Origin: Octopus vulgaris
Lineage: Eukaryota
Assembly: GCA_951406725.2 (NCBI GenBank)
Contig: OX597817.1
Span: forward strand, 148,862,001-148,926,000
DNA: 64,000 bases
Reading direction: 5' to 3'
Below are positions 52,493 to 64,000 of the stretch, one piece after another. The position numbers and the translations under genes were made by a program. The notes under the pieces were generated by a model. The model was not told the origin of the DNA. It did no database searches and was given only the letters and a program-made list of their open reading frames with translations. Each line of letters starts with the position of its first letter. Within the stretch, counting starts at the first letter, position 1.

Positions 52493-53154
52493 GTCTGTCG
52501 CACAATTCCTGATTTATATGTAAATGAACTGGGACGGCGTGAAACGAAGTGCTTTACTTAAGGGTGAAGGCGTGTGGCTTAACGGTAATCGTATTCGGTT
52601 TACGATCGTTTGGTCCGTTTCAGTATGACACTTTACTTTCCAAACTGAGGAGTACTCGTATTTCAAAGGATTAGCCTTGTCACATGCCGTGTTACGCTGA
52701 ATCATCCTAAGAACTGCGTTAAAAGTACCCGTGTCTGCGGAGTGCTCAGCCACTTGCACGTTAATTCCACGAACAAGCTGGGCTGCTGATCAAATCAACT
52801 GGAACGCTCGTCGTCGTAACACAAAACAATCGACCGGTCCGTGAATCGAAACCCTGAGGTTGCGATAGTTAGTGCAATCCCCTAACCACTAGGCCACACG
52901 CAGCAGCCACGACTTAATTAGTGCTGGCAAGTAATTCATGACAGGATATTAAATTTGAAGAGCAAAGTCTAAAAGTAGAAAAATAGAAATTCTTGAATCA
53001 TTTAAGAAAAGAGATACGGAGAACCTGATTATTCTATTGTTATGCAAATGTTGGTTCGAATGTGATAACGAGAAGAATCAATCTATTATAGTTCAAATAC
53101 GAAAATTTCCAATGAAGGAAATGATTGTGTAATCAAATAGTTTTCTCGAAATTA

Positions 53155-53386
53155 AGGGTGCAAGCTGACAGAACCGTTAGCACGCCGGGCGAAATGCGTT
53201 GCCATATTTCGTCTGTCGTTACGTTCTGATTTCAAATTCCGCCGAGGTCGACTTTGCTTTTCATCCTTTCGAGGTCGATAAATCAAGTAGCAATTACGTT
53301 CTGGGGTCGATGTAATCGACTTAATCCGTTTGTCTGTCCTTGTTTGTCCCTTCTATGTTTAGCTCCTTGTGGGCAATAAAGAAACA
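53155..53386 (+). mobile_element. SINE family B with TSD
   Basis: Flanked by ATAGTTTT(T)CTCGAAA on both sides. Confidence 0.9.
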
Positions 53387-54967
53387 CATAGTTTTTCTCG
53401 AAACATAGTCGTTGCTAATATATTAAATAAAACTCATTTACATTTTCATGATTATCCGATTATCTCTCAACTGGCATTTCTTTTTTACGTACATAAATAA
53501 CCCAGCTCAAAATAGCATGGATGTCATTCACTCACAACTCGTATTTTTGTACAGTAGACATATTTTTTGTCGTTATAATAACAAAAAAATACTTAAATTA
53601 TAGGTTTGCGTCTTCTAAAACTCATCATTAGTATCGGTAGAATATTTCCATCTCTATAGCAATAACAAACAAACAGTTAAATATTTATATTCGTAACTTC
53701 TTTGAAATTCAAGATTATAGCAGTGTTTTACAAAGAGGATTCTTACGGTCTCGTATCTTTGAGTTGTAACTCAACCGCTTATCGGTCAAGCAAAGCAACA
53801 TCCTTTATCGAAAGTGGTTAGTGGCTGGTAATAATGGCAGCAGTAGAATACGAAATTAAAAACGCTAAAAGAACAGATATTACAAAAATGTTGTCAATGC
53901 GGTATTGAAACATTATAATGTTTGGTGGCAGCGGTTTTAATGGTAACAAAGATCGATGTTTCCGGATAACGAAACGGATTGTAGAAGGGAGCGAAGATGG
54001 AAGACAAATATGTTAATGAAACAGAGAAAACACGAAGAAAATCAAGAAAAATAATACCAACAAAACAAAAAACTAATTAAACAAAATATAAATAACTGGG
54101 GAAAAAATCAGACAAAAACTCAAATGAGAGAATGATGAGAAAATCGAGAGATAAAGCAACACAAACTGAATAAATACGAAATGCAATTTGAAATTTGAGA
54201 TCATTTCCCAGGATATTGTGAAATAGCCGTTGTGTTTGACTTAATCGACTTGTTTTCTCAGCTGTGTTATTTACCAGTGTGGAACGAGTTCTTCATGGCG
54301 GCCATGACAGATAGGAGGCCAGGGATTATGTTCCGTTAATTTCAAGATATTGAAGTGTGTGTAGTAGGTTTGGCATTATTAAATTAGGAAGGTAGAAGAG
54401 GGAAGGTGACGGGAGTTTGTGGAAAATGAGTTAAGAAAGAGAATTGACAAGGCGAAACAGTGTAGACATTTTAAGAATGGCAAAGGGCAAAAGGGTGATT
54501 TATTGAAAAGCAACACGAGGCTCGATTGAATAGTGGAGAAAGACAAGCAGAGAATGTAAAAGTGAGGGATGGAATGTGAGAAATGAATAAATGTGGAAAT
54601 TGAAGGAGATAGAGAGAGAGTGGGAGAGAGAGGACGAAAGATAATGTAAGAAATAATTTGAAATAAAGACGGTAAAGGAAAAAGAGAACCACATATACAG
54701 ATGCAGCTACAGAAAGAAAGAGAGATCGGATTAGATGTAGTGATAGTGACGTAATGTTTCGAGAGAATCTGGAATTAAACGGACAGACACTTGAATAAGA
54801 AACTCAATATGGAAACACACGGGTGAAGTAGAATAAGGCGCTCACTTATGCAACGGACTCATGCAATCATAGGCATACATACAAACATCATATTCATTCC
54901 AATAGACATATACATACATACATGCATACATACATACATACACACATACATACACACACATATATAT

Positions 54968-55035
<68 letters not shown>

Positions 55036-55226
55036 AGACACACAGCGGCACAAAAGTGTGTAACATAACGCTTACAAATATTCATTCATGACTTTATATA
55101 AATTATTCTTATAAGAATACATGAAAAAATAACGTGTATGTGCGTGTGTATGTATATGATTATATCTGGGGTTTTTTATATATGCATATACATATACATA
55201 AGAAACACACACAAATATATATGCAT

Positions 55227-55279
<53 letters not shown>

Positions 55280-56800
55280 ACATACTTAATAGATAGATAG
55301 GTGTTAATATAGACATATATACAGTGTCAGATATAGAGGCATATATACATATATGTGTGTCTGTGTGTCTCTGTGTGTCTGTGTCTGTGTACATATCTAC
55401 GCGTGTGTGGTGTGTAAAGGGATAAGGCGGAAAAAAGGGGAGAAGAGAAATGTGAGAGAGAAATATATATAAGTATAATATATATATATATTATTGCACA
55501 TAATCATAAGTAGATTCCAATATGACTACGTTCTTACACATATATTTATGCTTATTTAGGTAACATAACCTTACCATTTGACACACGAGACACATACACA
55601 GGCAACGCGTTCACACTCACAGAGAGAAAGAGAGAAAGAGAGAATGAGAGATGTGCGATGCGTACGTAGAGAGGCACACAAATAGGTTTGTATGCGTGTG
55701 TAGATGTAGATATATATTTAGAAAGGTGCATATGAAACTACAATCTTACGCGCTTATACAGAGAATGAAAATCTGTGAGATACAAACACAGAAAAGGTAA
55801 ATTATCGAACCGAGAATGAGAAAAGTGTCCTTTAAATAATTTCAACACTATAAACAGGAGAAAGGGCAAAAGTTAAAAATAAAATTGTAAAGGTCTAAAT
55901 GTATTTAAAAGGGTGAAATACTCGAAGCAATAACGCCGAGAAAAGAGAGAAAAATAGGAAAGAGTGAATAAGGAGGAGGAGGAGAGAAGAAGAAAGAGGA
56001 AATATGAAGTATAATGGAAACAGAAAGTGGGCGATCTAGTTTGAAGTGAGTAAAAGAGTGTTTGGGAGAAGAATGTGAATGAGAGGAACGAGGGGGATGG
56101 CAGACAATCAGAAGGGGATGATAGAGAAGTGGAGTTAAACTATTTTTGTAAAGGGACATTATAGGGAAATAAAGAAGTACTGAAGGGATTGAGGGATATA
56201 TAGGGAAGGTTGTGGAATGAGAGAGTGTGGAGTGCATGGGAGAATAATATACTTACATGGTTTACAAATGAACAGCGAAGCAATATGTGTGTGTATGCAA
56301 ATATCCGCACCATCTCGTCCATCATAACACACACATGCGTACACACACACATACACACACAGATACGCACACATGTATGTGATGGTGAGGGAAAAGACTT
56401 CAATGCAAGCGTTTCATTGTGGACTACAATGAAACACTCACACACACACACATACATATATATATATACATATATATACATATATGTATGTATGTATATA
56501 TATATACATATATATATGTATATAAATACATATATATATGTATGCATATATATATATGTATATAAATATATATATAAACATATATGTATATATATATACA
56601 TACATATATACAAATATATACTTACACATACACTTACACATATACTTCGATAAGAATTTTTCATAGCACGAGAAAAAACTTGGAAACGATTCTCTGTTTT
56701 AAGCACATACACACTCTCTCTTTCGTTGTCTGTCAGTCTCTCTCTCCCTCTCTCTGATCCTGTCTTTCTCTTTCTCTCTCACTAGTGGACAGAACAATTG

Positions 56801-56841
<41 letters not shown>

Positions 56842-57494
56842 GAATAAGTAAAGTATGTGTGAAGACACAAACGGAAACAAGGACACACTCACACGTACAT
56901 TGGCGCACACAGAGAGGGGCAAATAATAAAGTGAAATTGTCGAGAATAGGAAGAAAATATGATGGCAGGAAACTAAAGGAGAAGAAAGCAAAAATATCTC
57001 AAAAAAATCTAACAAATAATCCATGAAAAATAGATATAAATTCGTAGTAAATGAAGCAGATATTAAGAGTTATAAAGGAGAAAATGAGTATAATATAGTA
57101 ATAAAATAAAATCAATATTTTGTGGGTGAAGTAAAATAAATCAATTATCGATAAACTGAAAATAATCAATTGTTATTTCGTTTTACAATGTTACTATGGT
57201 ACTTTTTACAGCTATTGGTAACGGCCTAACTGTAGCACGTTTGGTGAGTGATTATAGTTTTGTAACAATATTTTACACGGGTATACACAAAACACAGACA
57301 CGGATTCGCGCACATACACACGGACCCATACACAGATTCACATACACACGCACATGTACACACGCACACTCTCACAGTCAGACTCACCTTCTTTCCCACA
57401 GAAATGTATATATAGTGTTCCTCACTTATCGTTACGATAAAAAAGAATTTCAAATAGAAGCGCACATAAACACGCACACATATATATGTATCCG

Positions 57495-57530
<36 letters not shown>

Positions 57531-57534
57531 TATA

Positions 57535-57644
<110 letters not shown>

Positions 57645-57718
57645 AGAAATACATCTAAATCATTAATCAACTAAGATATACAATATATTATTATACATAA
57701 GTATTAAACATATCTATG

Positions 57719-57768
<50 letters not shown>

Positions 57769-58046
57769 ATGTATAAGTATAGTATATGATATATATATAT
57801 ATATATATATATTTTGTAAATGTCTCAATAAGAAAATGGAGAAATACATCTAAATCATTAATCAACTACCAGGTAATACCCAATCACATACTTTATTAAA
57901 CCACTACATAAGAACATTAAGGTTAAACATAAAAATATATAACAAAACAGCGTACATGAATGAGTAATACAATACAATAAGTACAATCATTATAAGAGGA
58001 TATAAATAAATAAATATAAATAGATATAAATATAAATATACACTAT

Positions 58047-58173
58047 ATCTTACAGCTGTTTCGGCCATGCAGATAAGTATGTCTCATTTTACCTATATTA
58101 GCCATGTATAGTATGTCAATATGAAGTTATAAATGAGACATTTACAAAAATATCCTGAGGCCTCTTCGGAGAT
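58047..58173 (-). ncRNA. Hammerhead motif with long extended stem II
   Basis: Minus strand ATCT-CCGAAGA-GGCC-[about 92 nt including an ATGTCTCATTT/AAATGAGACAT hairpin]-GGCC-GAAAC-AGCT-GTA-AGAT; U4 to C change in the core. Confidence 0.7.
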
Positions 58174-58759
58174 TCTAAGGTATAAACCAACTTACATATA
58201 TACTCATATAAGTGTGGGTACATACCCATAATAAATCATTTACATATATATATGAGTGCATATACTCACACTCTTATACATACACATATACATATACATA
58301 ATAATACAAATAATATGAATCAATAAATAATGTTCCATATTCAATGTTTTTCAACTTAATATTAAGATATTACAACGTAGAGAACATAGACTGTCTATGA
58401 ATATTCATAGAGAGCACTATGAATATCTGTGTTTATGTGTCACAGAGAGCGGACATGTGTTTGTGTTGACACACCATGACTTTTGTTATATGTGTGTGCA
58501 TTATGTATGTGTGTATATGTGCTGACGTCAGGAAAGCCATGCATTTTTTTCGTCGAGAACTAACAAATAAAAATTGTGTTCAATCGTTTATGTAGAGGTC
58601 TAAATATCACAAAAAATGTACTGCAATGCCGAAGTCAAGTATGAAAATGGATATGAAAAAACATACTACGATAAAATATACTATACTGAGATATCTCGGG
58701 TACACACAAAGATCCCTAGAGTTTTACAATTATTGAAATACATGCATACACACATATAA

Positions 58760-58822
<63 letters not shown>

Positions 58823-59469
58823 TAGACTCATATATATATATATACATATTTACATATATATATATACACGCACATGCACGCACGCACACGGAACAGACAC
58901 ACACACACACTCGCGGGCAGACACATGTCTGACTACTGCTCCGTTTGAAACTGTAAATTCCGCTCATGAATTGTTGATGAAGCTGGGGCAAAAAGAGGAA
59001 TCTTACCTAAGATTATCTGCATTGTGCTTTAACTAACAAACACTGGTCCAAAACGAATTTATAAAACACACAACCATATTTGAACCGGGAGTGATCTTGA
59101 TTGAGCAAATCTAGGCATTTCGTCCGGCGTGCTAACGTTTCTGCCAGCTTGGATAGTGGCAATACTGTCAGATACATTACTGCGTTTGAAAGCAAATTAA
59201 CAAAAGCCTCTTTCCTTTTTATTAAGGCAGTTAATATAAATTTAGGATCTTCTTCTAACAATTGAAATAATCATGTGGCACGTCTCCTATAGCTTCGCTG
59301 TTATTTTTTTATGTACATTTCAATTGCATCCTGTATAGAATGTAACAGGCTGGTTCCAAATTGCGCTCGACCGGAAATCTTGTATAACAAGCTCTTCACG
59401 CCAACAGATGCATTAATCATTCGTGAGAATACGAGCTTATATTTGTAGAGAGAATAGGAATGGAAGATA

Positions 59470-59868
59470 GCGGTTTCAAATTTTGGCTCATTACCCGCAA
59501 TTCCGCGGGAGGGGGTAAATCGATTATATCGACCCCAGTACTCAGGCTGGTACTTATTTTATCGACCCCGAAAAGATGAAAAGCAAAGTCGACCTCGGCG
59601 GAATTTGAATTCAGAATGTAACGATGAACGAAATACCTATTTCTTTACTACCCACAAGGAGCTAAACCCAGAGAGGACAAACAAGGACAGACAAACGGAT
59701 TAAGTTGATTATATCCACCCCAGTGCGTAACTGGTACTTAATTTATCGACCCCGAAAGGATGAAAGGCAAAGTCGACCTCGGCGGAATTTGAACTCAGAA
59801 CGTAACGGCAGACGAGATACCGATAAGCATTTTGCCCAGTGCGCTAACGATTCTTCGAGCTCGCCGAC
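59470..59868 (-). mobile_element. SINE family B with tandem internal duplication
   Basis: Two copies of ATCGACCCCGAAA.GATGAAA.GCAAAGTCGACCTCGGCGG. Confidence 0.9.
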
Positions 59869-61264
59869 TTAAAGGAATGCAACATATTAACTACTAACAT
59901 AAGTGAAATGAATACAAATAATAATCGTAACTTATTCTGAGATGTAACACAACTTGAGCCTAGCTTTTCTCTAGCACGTTCGATAGCAATAAGCAAAGCA
60001 GGAATTCTATTATGAACGAAACCTTTTATTTTCAACGGAACCTAAATATGGTGGTGTGAACTCCGTTGTTTTTCGAAATGCATTAGCACTGTTAACAGAA
60101 TGAAACATCATGCCATCGATTAACCAATAACAATAAAAGTGAATAAATAACTGTCCTGTATATTTCCACTCACCAGAAAAGGTCGGTAAAGTTTAATCAG
60201 CAATCTTTCTTAATTTCCCTTCTGTCGTAAGCAATACCCCAACCGATGATGACCTTATAAGGAATTTAATATATGGGCGATGATTATGTTGTGCTGTTCG
60301 ATATAAGTTCGATTAGAATATGTGGAGACAATAGTCTTTTCTTTAAGATATAGTAAAACCTGGCCGACTTTCCAAAACAGGATAATAGATAACTATATTG
60401 TTTGGCCTTGCCAACAAATTATATATATTATCTTTAGATTGAGGTTTGTATTCGGACTTTGTCTTTAATATGTCTTCATAGATTTTTGCTTCTTTACTTT
60501 TCATTATAAATTACCATTGTTTCGAAATTGGCTTCAACAAATCAAATTATCTTCTAATACGCATACCCCAACCCATATTCAGATATAAAAGTTCTCTAAA
60601 AGAAAAAAAAGTAGCATTATCATTTCCTAGCAACATGCATTAACAGATGGCCTGATACAAAGTCCAGCACGCACGCATACACACATATATATATATACTG
60701 TCGCTCTACTCCCTTGAGGTTTCCGTATTAAACTTCTTATTTCTGACTTGCTGATGGTCATCAATGAGTAACATCTATGATTCACTTATCCGTATGAAAT
60801 CTCACGTTATTAGACAGTAAGGCACTAGCTTTCCCTTTACAATTCCCTCTTTCTCTGCATAGGAACCTGACTCTAAATTAATCACTTTAATTCCTATGCC
60901 TTCGTAATTACAAGTTACCATTCGGTCCGAGTGACCTTTTAGATGTAATATTCATGTACACTCAATAAATTAGTGTTTAGTTGTCCAACAAAGAATTCAG
61001 GAGACATAACTAACCACCAAACAACACGCCAATTCTAACACCCAATATTCATATTCAACCAAATGCAGACACGTAATTGAAGTGTGACGTGTACAAACAA
61101 GATAGTACAACATTAGTTTCTGCAAAAGGAACCCAAGCCACGCCACACAGAGAAGGTCCTTGCAGGTCGCTTAAAATCACATATAACAATGTCAAATATT
61201 CACGAAGTTAACTTAAATCCAATAATACCTTGGTTCTGTGTCACCATCTTGTGAGCAACCAGTT

Positions 61265-61692
61265 ACTTTTTTACTCACTCTTTTACTCTTTTACTTGTTT
61301 CCGTCATTTGACTACGGCCATGCTAGAGCACCGCCTTCAGTCGAGCAAATTGACCCGCGGATTTATTCTTTATAACCCTAGTACTTATTCTATCGGTCTC
61401 TTTTGCCGAACCGCTAAGTTACGGGGACGTAAACACACCAGCATCTATTATCAAGCGATGTTGGGGGGACAAACGAAGACACGCAAACATATACATACAC
61501 AGATACATATATATATATATACATAAATACGACGGGTTTTTTTTAGTTTCCGTCTACCAAATCCACTCGCAAGGCTTTGGTCGGCCCGAGGCTATAGAGG
61601 AAGACACTCGCCCAAGGTGCCACGCAATGGGAATGAACCCGGAACCATGTGATTCGTAAGCAAGATACTTACCACACAGCCACTCCTACGCC
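61265..61692 (-). mobile_element. SINE family A, full length
   Basis: (CTCTTTTA)n tail through head CCACTCCTACGCC. Confidence 0.9.
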
Positions 61693-62095
61693 TATAATAC
61701 ACAAGAAGAGAGTAATAGACTTGATGGTACAGTAAAGTAACTGGTTGTATTTCGTTTTGCTCTTTGTTTTCACTTGAAATCCCTTGCTACAAGAACGTGA
61801 TTTTCATGTATCCGAGGTAGATACAACGTGCACCAGTGATGAATCCAACGAACTAAATCCATCTGCAACTAATGAATGGTCCTTGTGTATATTCCACATA
61901 ATTCATTTTAGTAGTTACACGATTGTTTCCAATGCGAAACTGTGATACGCCGTCTCTGGCCATATTTGGCGTAGAAATACTTTTTACGTTCTATGGAGAT
62001 ATTAACATAGACGAATGTTTATGTAACTGCATGCCAGAACAAGTGTGTAAGTGTGTGCGTATATATAAAAATGTACATGCACACACAGACACACA

Positions 62096-62154
<59 letters not shown>

Positions 62155-62167
62155 TTTTCTTCTGTCG

Positions 62168-62400
62168 TTAGTTGTTTCGGTCATTTGACTGCGGCCATAC
62201 AAGAGAAAGGTTTTTAGTCGAACGAATCGACCACAGGACTTACTCTTTATAAGCCTAGTACTTATTTCATTGGTCTCTTTGGCCGAAACGCTAAGTTACG
62301 GTAACGTAAACACACCAACAACAGTTGTTAAACGATGATGTGGGGACAAACACAGACACAAACAGACACACATACATATACGCACACACACACGTATATA
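62168..62400 (-). mobile_element. SINE family A 3' half
   Basis: GTTTCGGTCATTTGACTGCGGCCAT...GGGGACAAACACAGACAC. Confidence 0.8.
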
Positions 62401-62457
62401 TAGGCTGAAAAAAGATTGGAGAAATATGCAAATCAAACTTTAATATATCAAGGACAG

Positions 62458-62841
62458 AAGTAAGTCTAAGACATTTCAATTTAAGAATGAATTTAATAAA
62501 AACGATTTTAACGAATTATTTAAAAATTTACATAAAGGAGATATTACTTGATTCGATGAATCTCATCTTGTTAAATATTAGTAAACAATTATAACAATTT
62601 GCAGTGAAAACAATTGATCTTCTATCTGGGAGTCAAGAACATGTCTGCCTTGGGATCAGGACATGTTTTTGAACCCCAGACAGAAAATAAACGGTCTTTC
62701 CTTCAAAGTTTTATGAATTTTTACTGATAAGGTAAGAATCATCGAAACCGTAATAACATTTTTATGTAATCTTTTAAATAATTCTTTAGAAATAATTTTT
62801 ATCTGATTTCCATCTTAAATTGAAATGTCTTAGACTTACTT
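62458..62841. mobile_element. Foldback/MITE-like palindromic element
   Basis: Perfect 29-bp terminal inverted repeats AAGTAAGTCTAAGACATTTCAATTTAAGA; the interior is an imperfect palindrome centred near 62651; no clear TSD. Confidence 0.8.
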
Positions 62842-62909
62842 ATGTGTTGTTTCTACCTCTTTGGTAGACGGAAATTAAAAGAAACCTGTTGTTTATATAT
62901 ATATACAAC

Positions 62910-63580
62910 TCCAGCCAGTGGCACAACCCCTACCGACGATGTTCAGGGACATTCCGATACTATGTCACCGACTGCCGGCAATGTCTCGTTTCTCTTCCTC
63001 TTGCTCTTTTTTCTTTTCACCTGAGGGAGGGCGCGTCTCCTCCGTGACCGGGAGATTCGCCTCCTCACTCTTATTCCTAGGAATCTTCGGTGAGCACCCA
63101 TTGTTGATCACTTTCTCCCTCTTGCGGCCCTTCTTTGACGGGTCCTCCGCCTCCTCAGCCGCCTTTGTTTCCTCTTCTACAGAGGTCTCAACCAACTGCT
63201 CCAGGACCTTACTTTGTTCCTGGGGACAGTTTTTCTTTATACGGCCAGGCTCCAGACACCTGGGGTGGAGGCGACCCTGAAGAATCCCCGGGTACATGCA
63301 CCCGGTAATTTTCAAAAATTCTAGAAAAACCAGATTGGCTGATTGGGTCCACATGGTCAAAACAGCTTTTGACCCAACCCAATCAGCCGCAGGAAAAACT
63401 TTCACCATCAGGAGCTTGGCTCTGCTGCCACCCAGACCCCGGCGGATAGTCTCCTCTATCTACTCGGGCTTAATTCCGGGTGGCAACCCGCAGACCCAAG
63501 CTCTTGTCAACCTCTTCCCACAATACGTGGGAAGAAACAAAATTTCTCTGCCCTCTAAGGGCTAGCCACGCAGGGAGACT
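62910..63580 (-). pseudogene. LINE (L1/Tx1-type) ORF1 remnant
   Basis: EGREILFLPTYCGKRLTRAWVCGLPPGIKPE*IEETIRR...GRLHPRCLEPGRIKKNCP (decayed CCHC knuckle), then a K/E-rich tail; in-frame stop; GC-richer than the flanks. Confidence 0.6.
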
Positions 63581-63584
63581 GACC

Positions 63585-63623
63585 TGGTAAGCAAACTACT
63601 TACTACACAGCCACTCCTGCGCC
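63585..63623 (-). mobile_element. SINE family A head fragment
   Basis: TGGTAAGCAAACTACTTACTACACAGCCACTCCTGCGCC. Confidence 0.7.
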
Positions 63624-64000
63624 GAAAATCAGTTTTTTGTTGTTCTTTTTGTGGTGGTGTTTCGAATTAAAGACGTACAAGTTGAGACTTGAGAAGAAAT
63701 TTGATGAAACTGACTAATGACGTTTATCGTATTCAGCCCCGTAACTAAGATAATATTTTTCAATGATTAATGCTTTCTTCGCGCTGGTTATTATTTATGA
63801 ATAATTGTTATTTATGTGAATGAAGGCGCGATGCTTAGATTAGTGATCACTATCGATAGCCCTGGATTCGTTTCTGGACCGATAGTGCGTCTTTTCCTTG
63901 GTCAAGACACTTCATTATATATATGTTGCTCCATTACAATCAGCTGAAAGTAATTACCAATGTCACGAGGATAATACTTTTGTCCCATTCATAGGCGCGC

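Overview
Very AT-rich eukaryotic, repeat-dominated intergenic or intronic DNA. The three tRNA-headed SINE families and dense (TA)n/(CA)n microsatellites are typical of an octopus genome (inference from family recognition, not a database hit). No intact host protein-coding gene can be supported: most ORFs in the track are translations of microsatellites. Coding remnants are all decayed retroelements: Penelope-like RT and GIY-YIG fragments, an L1/Tx1-type LINE (RT with YADD), ORF1 fragments and an RTE-like fossil. Two non-autonomous Helitrons and a foldback MITE are also present. The main signal is a set of about 10 minimal type-I hammerhead-ribozyme motifs (CTGANGA...GAAAC-palindrome-GTH), from several unrelated short non-coding elements. 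These elements sit in microsatellites and have terminal direct redundancy or an inverted copy of their 3' tail, the architecture of Penelope pseudo-LTRs and retrozymes. One is a TSD-flanked composite joining a Pol III tRNA-like head to a hammerhead (34351-35030). Two motifs carry a compensatory U3-A8 core change. All folds were paired by eye; no activity or homology search was run.
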